Positions 1 to 7,530 are shown, counted from the stretch's first letter. The stretch is DNA of 20,000 nt from an uncultured virus (IMG/VR IMGVR_UViG_2651869816_000009) (IMGVR_UViG_2651869816_000009), one strand, 5' to 3'. Numbers and translations: made by a program. Notes: generated by a model from the letters alone, not told the origin.

Positions 1-765
1 TTTGTATTTATCAATGTCAGCTTCTTCATAACTGTCTAACGTGGCCTTTCCGTAGAAATAGGCCTGTTCTGTATAGATCATAGTAATAGCGTTACGCAAC
101 GGTGCTTTCATTTTCTCGGCAAACCGTACGGCTATTTCATCAGCATGTAGGCCCTGTAAAACGCCTTGTGTCATTTCACCGCGCAAATGGAATAATAGTA
201 TTCTCTTATTCTCCCATAAACGATCACTGAATTGGTTACCACTCCAGGGGTAACTTAACACACTTTTGATCATCTTGTCATTAAGTTCGTACACCTTACT
301 TTGTATACCATGCCTGTAAAAGTCGTATTTATTACTGATTAAAGTGTCCTTAAACGTTGATGTAAATAGGTTGCAAAGGCTTTTTTCTTCTGTCAACGCT
401 ATTTTCCCTAACTTGATTAGCATTTCACTTTGTACAGCTTCTAATCTACTAAGTTTTTTCATGTCCAGGTGGGCTTTCACATCCTGGGCAATGTTCGGCG
501 CTATGATCTGATCACTATTCTGTAATTCATTCAGAAACTCCACTAAACTAATACGCCTGTCATGTTTCTCGCGCTTATTAAGAGCCTTGACCAACTCGCT
601 ATAGTCAAAACCCTTTCGCGATAGATGGGCCCGCATTTCGGCCGTTACTTCCTTTTCAGCGCGTGCGAATGATTGACGCATACGCTTTTCTAGTTTCTCG
701 GCTTCAATGTATCCTTTCGCTTCCTGGGCTTCAGCGCGTTTGGCCCAATACATTTCACTATTCAT
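1..765 (-). CDS. Minor head/head morphogenesis protein (SPP1 gp7 / Mu gpF-like), runs off the window at its 3' end
   Basis: Not in the ORF track because it is truncated. Hand translation MNSEMYWAKRAEAQEAKG...NYPWSGNQFSDRLWENK shows the YWxKR and WSG-FS-R-W motifs typical of this family; lies directly downstream of the portal. Confidence 0.85.
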   Translation of the reverse strand, partial: MNSEMYWAKRAEAQEAKGYIEAEKLEKRMRQSFARAEKEVTAEMRAHLSRKGFDYSELVKALNKREKHDRRISLVEFLNELQNSDQIIAPNIAQDVKAHLDMKKLSRLEAVQSEMLIKLGKIALTEEKSLCNLFTSTFKDTLISNKYDFYRHGIQSKVYELNDKMIKSVLSYPWSGNQFSDRLWENKRILLFHLRGEMTQGVLQGLHADEIAVRFAEKMKAPLRNAITMIYTEQAYFYGKATLDSYEEADIDKYK

Positions 766-768
766 GAT

Positions 769-2241
769 CTACTTTCCTTTTCCTGGCGTTTGATCTTCGT
801 CACCGTCAGAAAGTTGTCGCTCTTGTGTAGCATCGTTCTTTCCTTGTTCTTCCACGTTATCATTTTCCCCACTGAAAGTATCTTTGTACGAGTCATACTC
901 TTCTTCCTCCTGTTCTTTCTTCATTTCTATTAAGTGTTCAATGTCTTGTACAGCAGATAGATATTGATAGATAAACTTATCTGGTAGTCCAGCTTGACGC
1001 AATTTCACAACAAGATCAGCTTCTTCTAAATAATTAGCTGGTAAGTTAGGTGTAAATTGGATTTTGACGTCTTTTAATCCAAACTCTTTTGATCCTGGCA
1101 ACTTATCAAGGTATCCTTTGATGATCCCTAATTGATCTGTTAGCGCACGGTTAAACATACGCTCTTTTTGCCCGCGTACTTGCTCCAGGGCCAACAATTT
1201 ATATTTAATAGCGATCCCAGACAAGTTACCGCCAAATTCTTTATCATTCATGTTTGGAACGAATGTATATTTGTGTATATCGTTCTCTACACGGGTTTTC
1301 ATGTTCTCGTTAAACGTGTCATTGATCTGTTTTACAAGCCATTCAGCATCCCCGTTTTCATCTAACAGCATTACTTTATCTTCTTTTAGGCTGTTTATAT
1401 CATCCTGGTTTGTTTCGTTCATGTTAACCAGCTTTAGGATCGCGTCAGTGAAGTCAGATAAGTCTTCCATTGATCCAGATTGCAGATCGTTATACGCGTC
1501 AATAGTTGGTAGAATATCTTCATAGTCTCCTAATTCAAACTTATTGTTCTGTATCTTAATAACTGGAATACGTGGGTTTCCGTCTTCGTCTACAATGTTG
1601 TGTACCTGTTCTTCTTCCTGGCTCATGTTCTCAATGGAAATGTCCAGGATTTCGTTTAATGGTTGTCCTAAAATCTTTCCTTCATACACAAACGAGTATT
1701 TAATGTATTGCACCTTGTCATAGATCGTCATTTCTACCTTGATTTCATTATCTTTCGTTACTGTCTCACTAAAACGAATAACGTCTGTGATCTTAGGTTT
1801 AATAGAGTCGTCATAGATCGCAATTGTATGGCGCGGATCAATGTCTTTATAGTTCAGTTCTCCAGATTCATCGTGATAGAACAAGCGGAATGCACGGCCA
1901 TAAATAGACATATCAAGGGCATTATCATAATCCACTGTTTGCCCGTCATTTTCATCCATAATGTCAAGTGCTGGCTCTAATGCTTCAGTTTCCGTTGTGT
2001 TATACGTTACTGGCATTCCCATGAAATAACCCGTGCTGATCGTTGCTGTATACTTAGGGAAGTTGTGAACGATCCTAAACGTCTTGTTACCGTTCTTCCT
2101 ATCTTTCTTATTCTTTATTTCATGATGTCCCATGTAGTATTTGTATAGTTTTTGTAGGGCCAAATATCCCTTACTATTCCCAACTCCTTCTTTGATACGA
2201 AAATCAAAGTAAAATTCTTTCGCTTCATCAAATGTAAGCAT
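769..2241 (-). CDS. Phage portal protein, SPP1 gp6-like
   Basis: 490 aa; YYxGxH, HNFPKY...GYFMGxPV, IDAYN, GNLSGIAIKYKL and FTPNLP motifs; acidic tail; follows terL. Confidence 0.95.
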   Translation of the reverse strand: MLTFDEAKEFYFDFRIKEGVGNSKGYLALQKLYKYYMGHHEIKNKKDRKNGNKTFRIVHNFPKYTATISTGYFMGMPVTYNTTETEALEPALDIMDENDGQTVDYDNALDMSIYGRAFRLFYHDESGELNYKDIDPRHTIAIYDDSIKPKITDVIRFSETVTKDNEIKVEMTIYDKVQYIKYSFVYEGKILGQPLNEILDISIENMSQEEEQVHNIVDEDGNPRIPVIKIQNNKFELGDYEDILPTIDAYNDLQSGSMEDLSDFTDAILKLVNMNETNQDDINSLKEDKVMLLDENGDAEWLVKQINDTFNENMKTRVENDIHKYTFVPNMNDKEFGGNLSGIAIKYKLLALEQVRGQKERMFNRALTDQLGIIKGYLDKLPGSKEFGLKDVKIQFTPNLPANYLEEADLVVKLRQAGLPDKFIYQYLSAVQDIEHLIEMKKEQEEEEYDSYKDTFSGENDNVEEQGKNDATQERQLSDGDEDQTPGKGK

Positions 2242-2255
2242 GTTATCAATCCTTT

Positions 2256-3575
2256 CTAGAATCCTAATTGTGATCGGCTCATACTTCTTACTTTGCCTTG
2301 TTTCTTCATGTCCTTCTCCATTGCATAACGCACCATATCAATTGTGTGATTATCTTTATCTTGTAAACGTGGTCTAGGGTTGCCGTCCTTATCCGTTTCC
2401 CAATCAGCGTTTTCAAACTCACTCAATGTATTAGGGCAACGTTTCGGATCAATAACGATCGCGTATAGATCGCCCAGCCATTCCGTGCCGTACTCAACAC
2501 TATCTGGCCCTTTCTTAGCACCCTTCACCTTTCTTATATCGTGTTCGTTCTTTAATTCAGCAATAGACTTCGGCTCGGCACTATCACACGTTATTTCTAT
2601 ATCTTGATAGCCTTTTTTCTTGATCCATTCAGCTAACTTCCTATTTGATATTTGCACTCCATACAATTCATCGAATATGTATAACGTGTTCTTCTTTCTA
2701 TCAAAATGCATACGGCCAAACGCTAGCGGATCAGTAGCATAACCAAAATCAATCCCTTGACGTATGTTATCGAATTGACTGATCTGTTCGTCTGTTATTT
2801 CAGCACTAACAATGTTATCGAATGGTACAACGCCAGACCCTATTGCTTCGCCGAGATATTCCCAGCGATACTTTAGCGGGTTCATTTCCTTTTCAATTTC
2901 AGCTTCTTCATAGAATGCCTTTGTTAAATGTTTGTTATCTAAATACGTTGAATGGTTTACATGTGTGTTATCTGGTATGAATGAACTGTTATATTTCTTG
3001 TTCAGCCAGTGAGCGCGTCTTTTAGGCGGGTTATAGCTGTAGAAGAATGTATATTCATAGTTTGGTAGTTCTGGCCTATGCTCTGGCTTGATCTCAAACT
3101 CACCACGTAATATTGATTTCTCAATGATAGATATTTCTTCTTCTTTTCTAAACTCGCCGATCTCTTCCACCCATAAACCCATGATTGGAAACTTAGCATC
3201 TTTAATAGACTTGATCCGTTCTGGTTCTTCACATCCGAGAAAATATATCTTATTCCCTCTGGGCTTGTACTCGATCACCAGGCGTGACGGTATGCAACGG
3301 AATAAATGAGCAATACCTAATATCTCCATTGCTTCTTTTAGCTGTTCAAATACCGATCTAACAACTGTATTCTGTACTTTGCGCAATACCAGCCAACTGA
3401 TCGGATATTCCATAATGTCCATTAGTATGCGGAATGGTATGAAGTAGCTTTTACCAGACGCACGGCCACCCTTTAACACATAACGTAAACAGTCGCGCAT
3501 TTCAGATAGATAATAAACTTTACGAAAACGCGGGCTGATCACGTTTCGCATATCTATATGAACGTTGTTACTCAT
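2256..3575 (-). CDS. terL: Terminase large subunit, PBSX family
   Basis: Walker A KGGRASGKS, Walker B WVEE, SYNPP, nuclease motifs GIDFG, CDSAEP and DNHTIDMVRYA. ATG at 3575 follows a GGGGTGG SD (the track start at 3596 is probably too long). Confidence 0.95.
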   Translation of the reverse strand: MSNNVHIDMRNVISPRFRKVYYLSEMRDCLRYVLKGGRASGKSYFIPFRILMDIMEYPISWLVLRKVQNTVVRSVFEQLKEAMEILGIAHLFRCIPSRLVIEYKPRGNKIYFLGCEEPERIKSIKDAKFPIMGLWVEEIGEFRKEEEISIIEKSILRGEFEIKPEHRPELPNYEYTFFYSYNPPKRRAHWLNKKYNSSFIPDNTHVNHSTYLDNKHLTKAFYEEAEIEKEMNPLKYRWEYLGEAIGSGVVPFDNIVSAEITDEQISQFDNIRQGIDFGYATDPLAFGRMHFDRKKNTLYIFDELYGVQISNRKLAEWIKKKGYQDIEITCDSAEPKSIAELKNEHDIRKVKGAKKGPDSVEYGTEWLGDLYAIVIDPKRCPNTLSEFENADWETDKDGNPRPRLQDKDNHTIDMVRYAMEKDMKKQGKVRSMSRSQLGF

Positions 3576-3646
3576 TCGACCACCCCAAACACCCATAAAA
3601 TGAAGTATAGGGCCGATAGAATGATGAATATATCAAACATACTCAT
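3572..3646 (-). CDS. Putative 24-aa membrane micropeptide (MSMFDIFIILSALYFILWVFGVVE)
   Basis: ATGA overlaps with both the upstream ORF and terL; purine-rich SD; hydrophobic. Confidence 0.55.
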   Translation of the reverse strand: MSMFDIFIILSALYFILWVFGVVE

Positions 3647-3753
3647 TTCCTTCTTTTCCTCTCACACCTGTTTAATAGGGCCATCGGTATTGTTACCATT
3701 GATAACATCAAGATAGATACAGCAATACCTTGCCAGGCTTCTAACGTAGACAT
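3643..3753 (-). CDS. Putative 36-aa membrane peptide (MSTLEAWQGIAVSILMLSMVTIPMALLNRCERKRRK)
   Basis: GGGAGTGA SD; one TM segment plus basic tail; stop overlaps the next ATG. Confidence 0.6.
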   Translation of the reverse strand: MSTLEAWQGIAVSILMLSMVTIPMALLNRCERKRRK

Positions 3754-3845
3754 AACTTATCACTCCCATACCACTTCATAGGATATAAAACACGGCCAAT
3801 TCTGAAATACTCAATTCCGCTTTTCGTTGTTCCATACATCAGCAT
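3741..3845 (-). CDS. Putative 34-aa peptide (MLMYGTTKSGIEYFRIGRVLYPMKWYGSDKLCLR)
   Basis: AGGGAG SD inside the terS 3' end; start overlaps the terS stop; fills the terS-terL gap. Confidence 0.4.
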   Translation of the reverse strand: MLMYGTTKSGIEYFRIGRVLYPMKWYGSDKLCLR

Positions 3846-4327
3846 TCACACTCCCTATAATGTTTGTTACAGTCTGGGCATGTATCACCAATTGATCCAT
3901 TGATCGTAACGTTTGCTGTTGTCTCATTTTCCTGGCGTTCGATCCATAACCTATGACGTTTACCTAACTGAATTCCCGCATTGATTCGTTCGCCTATTGA
4001 CGGCTCTATTGTTGAGATAACTTGTTCACCCATACCAACACCGCGTAACGTCTTTCCTGTAGCTTCTCCACGCATTACAGATGTTAGAAACTCTAATACT
4101 TCATTTCCGTCCGCAATGCGCTTAGAATCAACGTCAGACATCCGAGAATCAATATAAGACGAAACATTAACATTCTTTAACAAACGAGAACTACCAGCCG
4201 ATACTATAGAATCACTTTTACAATCGTAACCAGCCCTTCTATATGCTTCAGTTGCATTTCCCGTTTCTATGAAATAATCAGCAAATCTTTTTTGCCTTTC
4301 ATTTAACCCATGATTCATTCTTTCCAC
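3839..4327 (-). CDS. terS: Terminase small subunit (Terminase_2 family)
   Basis: LNERQKRFADYFIETGNATEAYRRAGY and EVLEFLTSVMRGE motifs; the start may be ATG 4318. Confidence 0.92.
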   Translation of the reverse strand: MERMNHGLNERQKRFADYFIETGNATEAYRRAGYDCKSDSIVSAGSSRLLKNVNVSSYIDSRMSDVDSKRIADGNEVLEFLTSVMRGEATGKTLRGVGMGEQVISTIEPSIGERINAGIQLGKRHRLWIERQENETTANVTINGSIGDTCPDCNKHYRECEC

Positions 4328-4365
4328 CTTCCTTAATTGGTTACTACGATCGTAGTTACTCTATG

Positions 4366-4374
4366 ATTATACCA
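4366..4374 (-). promoter_or_regulatory. Extended -10 promoter (TGGTATAAT) for the terS/late operon
   Basis: TGnTATAAT about 40 nt upstream of terS and just downstream of a terminator; the repeated 18-bp motif (4379-4396) covers the -35 position. Confidence 0.6.
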
Positions 4375-4399
4375 TAAATGTTTAATAGTTTTGGATCAA

Positions 4400-4427
4400 G
4401 AAAAAAGAGACTGTATTAATAGTCTCT
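4400..4427 (-). terminator. Intrinsic terminator after ORF 4416-4754
   Basis: AGAGACT-N8-AGTCTCT followed by TTTTT on the minus strand. Confidence 0.6.
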
Positions 4428-4754
4428 TAATCGTTGCACGATATTTAATTCTACATAGTCGATAGAATCACGAGGAATGCTTACAACATTACCACTACCC
4501 GTCATGCCGTGGATCGTGTCAGCCATGTCAGTTTCATCATCTTTCATTTCTTTATAAATCATCTCTTCAGTGATTGTAACACCTTGTTCTTTTTCGAATT
4601 CCGTGATGTCTTCATACAACATAACAGCGCGCCCGCTTTTTAAATGTACTTGCATTTGAATTTCTCGAATGTGTGTATGATTGTCTCCAGGTTTCTTTTC
4701 TACCTCTGGTTGATCAACCGTTTCTTTTACCTTGTTTTCATTTTTATTTTCCAT
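4416..4754 (-). CDS. Hypothetical protein (112 aa)
   Basis: AAGGAGG SD before ATG 4754 (MENKNENK...); overlaps the upstream ORF stop. Confidence 0.75.
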   Translation of the reverse strand: MENKNENKVKETVDQPEVEKKPGDNHTHIREIQMQVHLKSGRAVMLYEDITEFEKEQGVTITEEMIYKEMKDDETDMADTIHGMTGSGNVVSIPRDSIDYVELNIVQRLRDY

Positions 4755-5010
4755 TTTCCTTTTCCTCCTTATATAGCTTCTTATAACCCTTATCAATGTT
4801 ATGAATGCCTAACAGTGTGCCAACAACGAATAATAACCAATGATACCAGGCGTTCCCGTTCACTACAGTTTGCCAGGCGCTACCGAAAATGATTAAACCG
4901 CATACCTTTTGTAACCAGCCGTTTTTAATATCAATTGTCACACTGATCTTAACGTCTTTCCAAAATGCTTTAGTGAACAATGGTTTTAACTTTTTCAACT
5001 TCTCTTTCAT
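4744..5010 (-). CDS. Hypothetical membrane protein (2 predicted TM)
   Basis: GAGGTGA SD; two hydrophobic segments with basic ends. Confidence 0.75.
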   Translation of the reverse strand: MKEKLKKLKPLFTKAFWKDVKISVTIDIKNGWLQKVCGLIIFGSAWQTVVNGNAWYHWLLFVVGTLLGIHNIDKGYKKLYKEEKENGK

Positions 5011-5042
5011 GTTGTCACCTCTTTTATTTTTTGCTCTTATAG

Positions 5043-5072
5043 AAGAAAAACAAGACTGGCGAAAGTCTTGTT
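5043..5072 (-). terminator. Intrinsic terminator closing the non-coding transcript
   Basis: AACAAGACT-TTCGCC-AGTCTTGTT then TTTCTTCT on the minus strand. Confidence 0.75.
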
Positions 5073-6457
5073 CTCAACTTGTAACTATAAAAGAAATGGT
5101 TTAGTAGGGACTTGAACCCTATCAGACCCGTTTTAAAGGCTCTGTTATACCAGATAGCTAAACCATGATTCCCAGCGATCAACGCCAGGATCATTTTTAT
5201 TCTCCTTAGAGTCGGATATACTTTAGATCGTTATCATCCGTTTCTATCCATTTTGTGTGTGACATGATCGCCTAGTTATCAGTTAGAATCATGTTTTATT
5301 AAACTATCGTATGTTTGATAATAACCTTTGATAGTTATTTACCGTTATAGGACGGTATCACCTGTTAGTAGAACAATAATTACCCACCAATGCAAGTGAG
5401 TTTCTATTGTTATTTGTTTTGTGTTTATAATAGTGTCCAGGTATCTGAAAACAGCTATTAAGAGGTTTCCACACCTCATAAGACGTACAAGGTAAAAAGG
5501 AGGTTGGGCCATGCCTAGCCCAATGTATAATCAAAAATTCCAACGGGGATAAAAATGTTATACAAAAACCTTATACGCCTTATGAGATCATGAAGTCCAT
5601 TAGTAAAACGATTTGTGAGTTACCCTATAGACTTCATTTACCTCATATATGTGTTTGTGTCTCAATAAGTTTGTATATGTCCGAAAGGATCATAAAACAA
5701 GCTATTCAGTTGTATTGGTTTCCTTTAGTTTTCCATCTATGGAGAAGTTTTAAGACTCCTTATTCAGTCTGGTTTTCTGTACGTGTGTTTTCCATCACTT
5801 GAATTTTCGAGACTTTATTGTCATTTGTTACATGATGTTATTTCGCAAAAATACTACACTTTTTACTATGATCTACTTTTAACAGTAGATAAAAAATAGT
5901 AGTAACGGTTTTAACCGTCCCTTTAAAGATAGAAGTAACACTTATGACCTTTCGATCTGGCTTTCTACCCTTAAAGGGAAGGACAAAACGGTTGTCCAAC
6001 CCCACCAACAAGGAGTATCTAACAATGAACAAGTAACCTATCATCTTCACAATGATCTGGAGGTAACCAGCCTCCTTTAAAGGCACAAACGAGAAGAACG
6101 TGTGTGAGTTAGCAAGGTTAATATATATAGCAATTGGAGGTGAACATATATTAAAAACTCGCTTATGCCCTTAAAGGAAGATGTCTCTTCCCTCGATTCA
6201 TTTAAACAGCTTTCACCGTTCCCATTGATTCGATCCATTTCAGAAAACAAGAATTTTACGTATAGACATAGACTTTGAGCAATTATGAAATTAGATGTTG
6301 TTAGCGTATGTGTGAGCAATTACTAACAGTAAGGCGTTTTAACAAGGTTACGAAAACAAACGATGTTAAATGTAGAATATTTTCTCTTGTATATCGAATA
6401 CAAAATTTAATATGTTCTGGTTTTCCGACCAGGTAAGAGAGCGTGTGTCCCTCTTAC
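5045..6457 (-). ncRNA. Large structured non-coding RNA or sRNA cluster (~1.4 kb), family unknown
   Basis: No credible long ORF; sigmaA promoter upstream and terminator downstream; more than 15 hairpins; three 17-23 bp stems whose non-Watson-Crick positions are all G-U on the minus strand; GNRA loops. Confidence 0.7.
5097..5164 (-). tRNA. tRNA-like element / pseudo-tRNA (68 nt, isotype unassignable)
   Basis: Acceptor stem GGTTTAG/CTAAACC+A and perfect T arm TAGGG-TTCAAGT-CCCTA. The D/anticodon region is only 36 nt (about 41 canonical) and imperfect. Confidence 0.6.
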
Positions 6458-6461
6458 AATT

Positions 6462-6490
6462 ACTATAGTAACACCTCTAATTCTATTCAA
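6462..6490 (-). promoter_or_regulatory. SigmaA-type promoter driving the ncRNA region
   Basis: TTGAAT(6490-6485)-17 nt-TATAGT(6467-6462), AT-rich upstream; the predicted +1 begins a hairpin (6457-6433). Confidence 0.7.
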
Positions 6491-6564
6491 CAAGAATTGT
6501 ATACTTTTAGATATTGTTTTTTATAAAGTTGGTTTTAAATTATCAGATAGTTTATTTTGACAAT

Positions 6565-6591
6565 AAAAAAGAGCCCTTGTTATAAGGACTC
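6565..6591 (-). terminator. Intrinsic terminator after ORF 6580-6819
   Basis: GAGTCCTT-ATAAC-AAGGGCTC-TTTTTT on the minus strand. Confidence 0.75.
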
Positions 6592-6819
6592 GACAACTTC
6601 ATTATATGTTCTTTGTTCATGGTATAGCCTAGCTTCAACGTTAACGGGATTTAAACCGTATCTATTAGCAAAACCTACTATCAGTTTCTCTATATCATCC
6701 TCAATCAATACATAACCTTCTTTAGATGGTAATTCATAAGTGTAGTGTTCGTAGATTACCAATAGATCACGATATTCATTTTCCCTCTCGTTTTGTTTAA
6801 TAGTTTTAGATTCATTCAT
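6580..6819 (-). CDS. Hypothetical protein (79 aa), stand-alone unit
   Basis: AAGGAG SD; own terminator; AT-rich upstream region. Confidence 0.75.
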   Translation of the reverse strand: MNESKTIKQNERENEYRDLLVIYEHYTYELPSKEGYVLIEDDIEKLIVGFANRYGLNPVNVEARLYHEQRTYNEVVESL

Positions 6820-7070
6820 GTTATTAATCTCCTTTTGGGTTTATGGTTTTAGTTTTCTTTCGATTTATTTATAAATGGACTTATCCATTAAGGCCAAAAC
6901 ATCAGCGGTTTTTCTTTTAAAATCATTTAACTTCCTTATTATATATATCACGAATATTTTCAATAGTAAAATAATATTTTTTATACATAGCCTTGAACCC
7001 TTGATAACTCTACATTCTTACTTTGTATCACACACTTGACAAGATTTTTGGAATAATATAACAAACGTTG

Positions 7071-7112
7071 ATTCTATGCATTGTGTCAAATTGACACGAT
7101 CGAATAGGTCAA
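7071..7112. repeat. Inverted pair of origin-type iterons (GTGTCA-AAT-TGACACG)
   Basis: Matches 13381-13396 (GTGTCA-TAT-TGACACG). The left arm reverse complement TTTGACACAATGCATAG matches TTTGACACGATGCATAG at 13480-13496 at 16 of 17 positions. Confidence 0.65.
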
Positions 7113-7120
7113 ATTAGTAA

Positions 7121-7387
7121 TCACGTTCTCAACCCATACAAAACTTCTCCACAATAGACATCACAAAACCCGTATTTCATTTGATAATCGTTTCTGGCTT
7201 CTAGTTGTTTATTGCATTGTTCGCACCACCTAGCAACCCTAGTAAACTTATATCGTGGCCCGCGTTTCATCTTTGACCAGTATTTATCTTTCTCTAACAT
7301 TTCTTGTAACCAGGATTCCATTTCCTTTTTATCCTTCATAGATGGTTTATACTGATCTTTAGGTAACACTTTTTTGATCTGTCTCAT
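7121..7387 (-). CDS. Hypothetical protein with CxxC...CxxxC zinc-binding motif
   Basis: Track ORF 7121-7396; likely ATG at 7387 through TAATG coupling with the upstream ORF. Confidence 0.7.
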   Translation of the reverse strand: MRQIKKVLPKDQYKPSMKDKKEMESWLQEMLEKDKYWSKMKRGPRYKFTRVARWCEQCNKQLEARNDYQMKYGFCDVYCGEVLYGLRT

Positions 7388-7527
7388 TACCAGCACCCCT
7401 TATGCGTTTGAAATATACTATAGATCGTGATCTTCTTATCCCTCTGGTCCATCGGTTTGCAACATACTAAACATTTGATCTGATACCCTTTAGTGAAATA
7501 ACGTTTAATTCTTTTCTTTCTATTCAT
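7387..7527 (-). CDS. Small hypothetical protein (46 aa, CxxC...HxxC)
   Basis: GGAGG SD; MNRKKRIKRYFTKGYQIKCLVCCKP...HKGCW; coupled to both neighbours. Confidence 0.6.
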   Translation of the reverse strand: MNRKKRIKRYFTKGYQIKCLVCCKPMDQRDKKITIYSIFQTHKGCW

Positions 7528-7530
7528 TTT

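Noticed and set aside
5125..5145. Functional Leu(TAA) or ochre-suppressor (TTA) tRNA
   Set aside because: The anticodon stem and loop are irregular and the D arm is truncated, so the anticodon register cannot be assigned.
5024..5194. 56-aa minus-strand ORF with AAGGAG SD (MILALIAGNHG...)
   Set aside because: It runs through the tRNA-like element and the terminator, and its start codon sits in a hairpin. Probably incidental, though not excluded.
5358..6319. Track ORFs 5358-5543, 5590-5802, 5838-6086 and 6077-6319
   Set aside because: No convincing SD, mostly TTG starts, atypical composition; the region is better explained by RNA structure.
5045..6457. CRISPR array, group I/II intron, tmRNA, or a definite GOLLD/ROOL call
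   Set aside because: No regular repeat-spacer period, no interrupted gene or intron motifs recognised, no tag ORF; family identity cannot be established without a covariance-model search.
6865..6926. 12-aa and 7-aa micro-ORFs upstream of ORF 6580-6819 as signalling (arbitrium-like) peptides
   Set aside because: No signal peptide and no AimR/RRNPP receptor in the window; weak SD.
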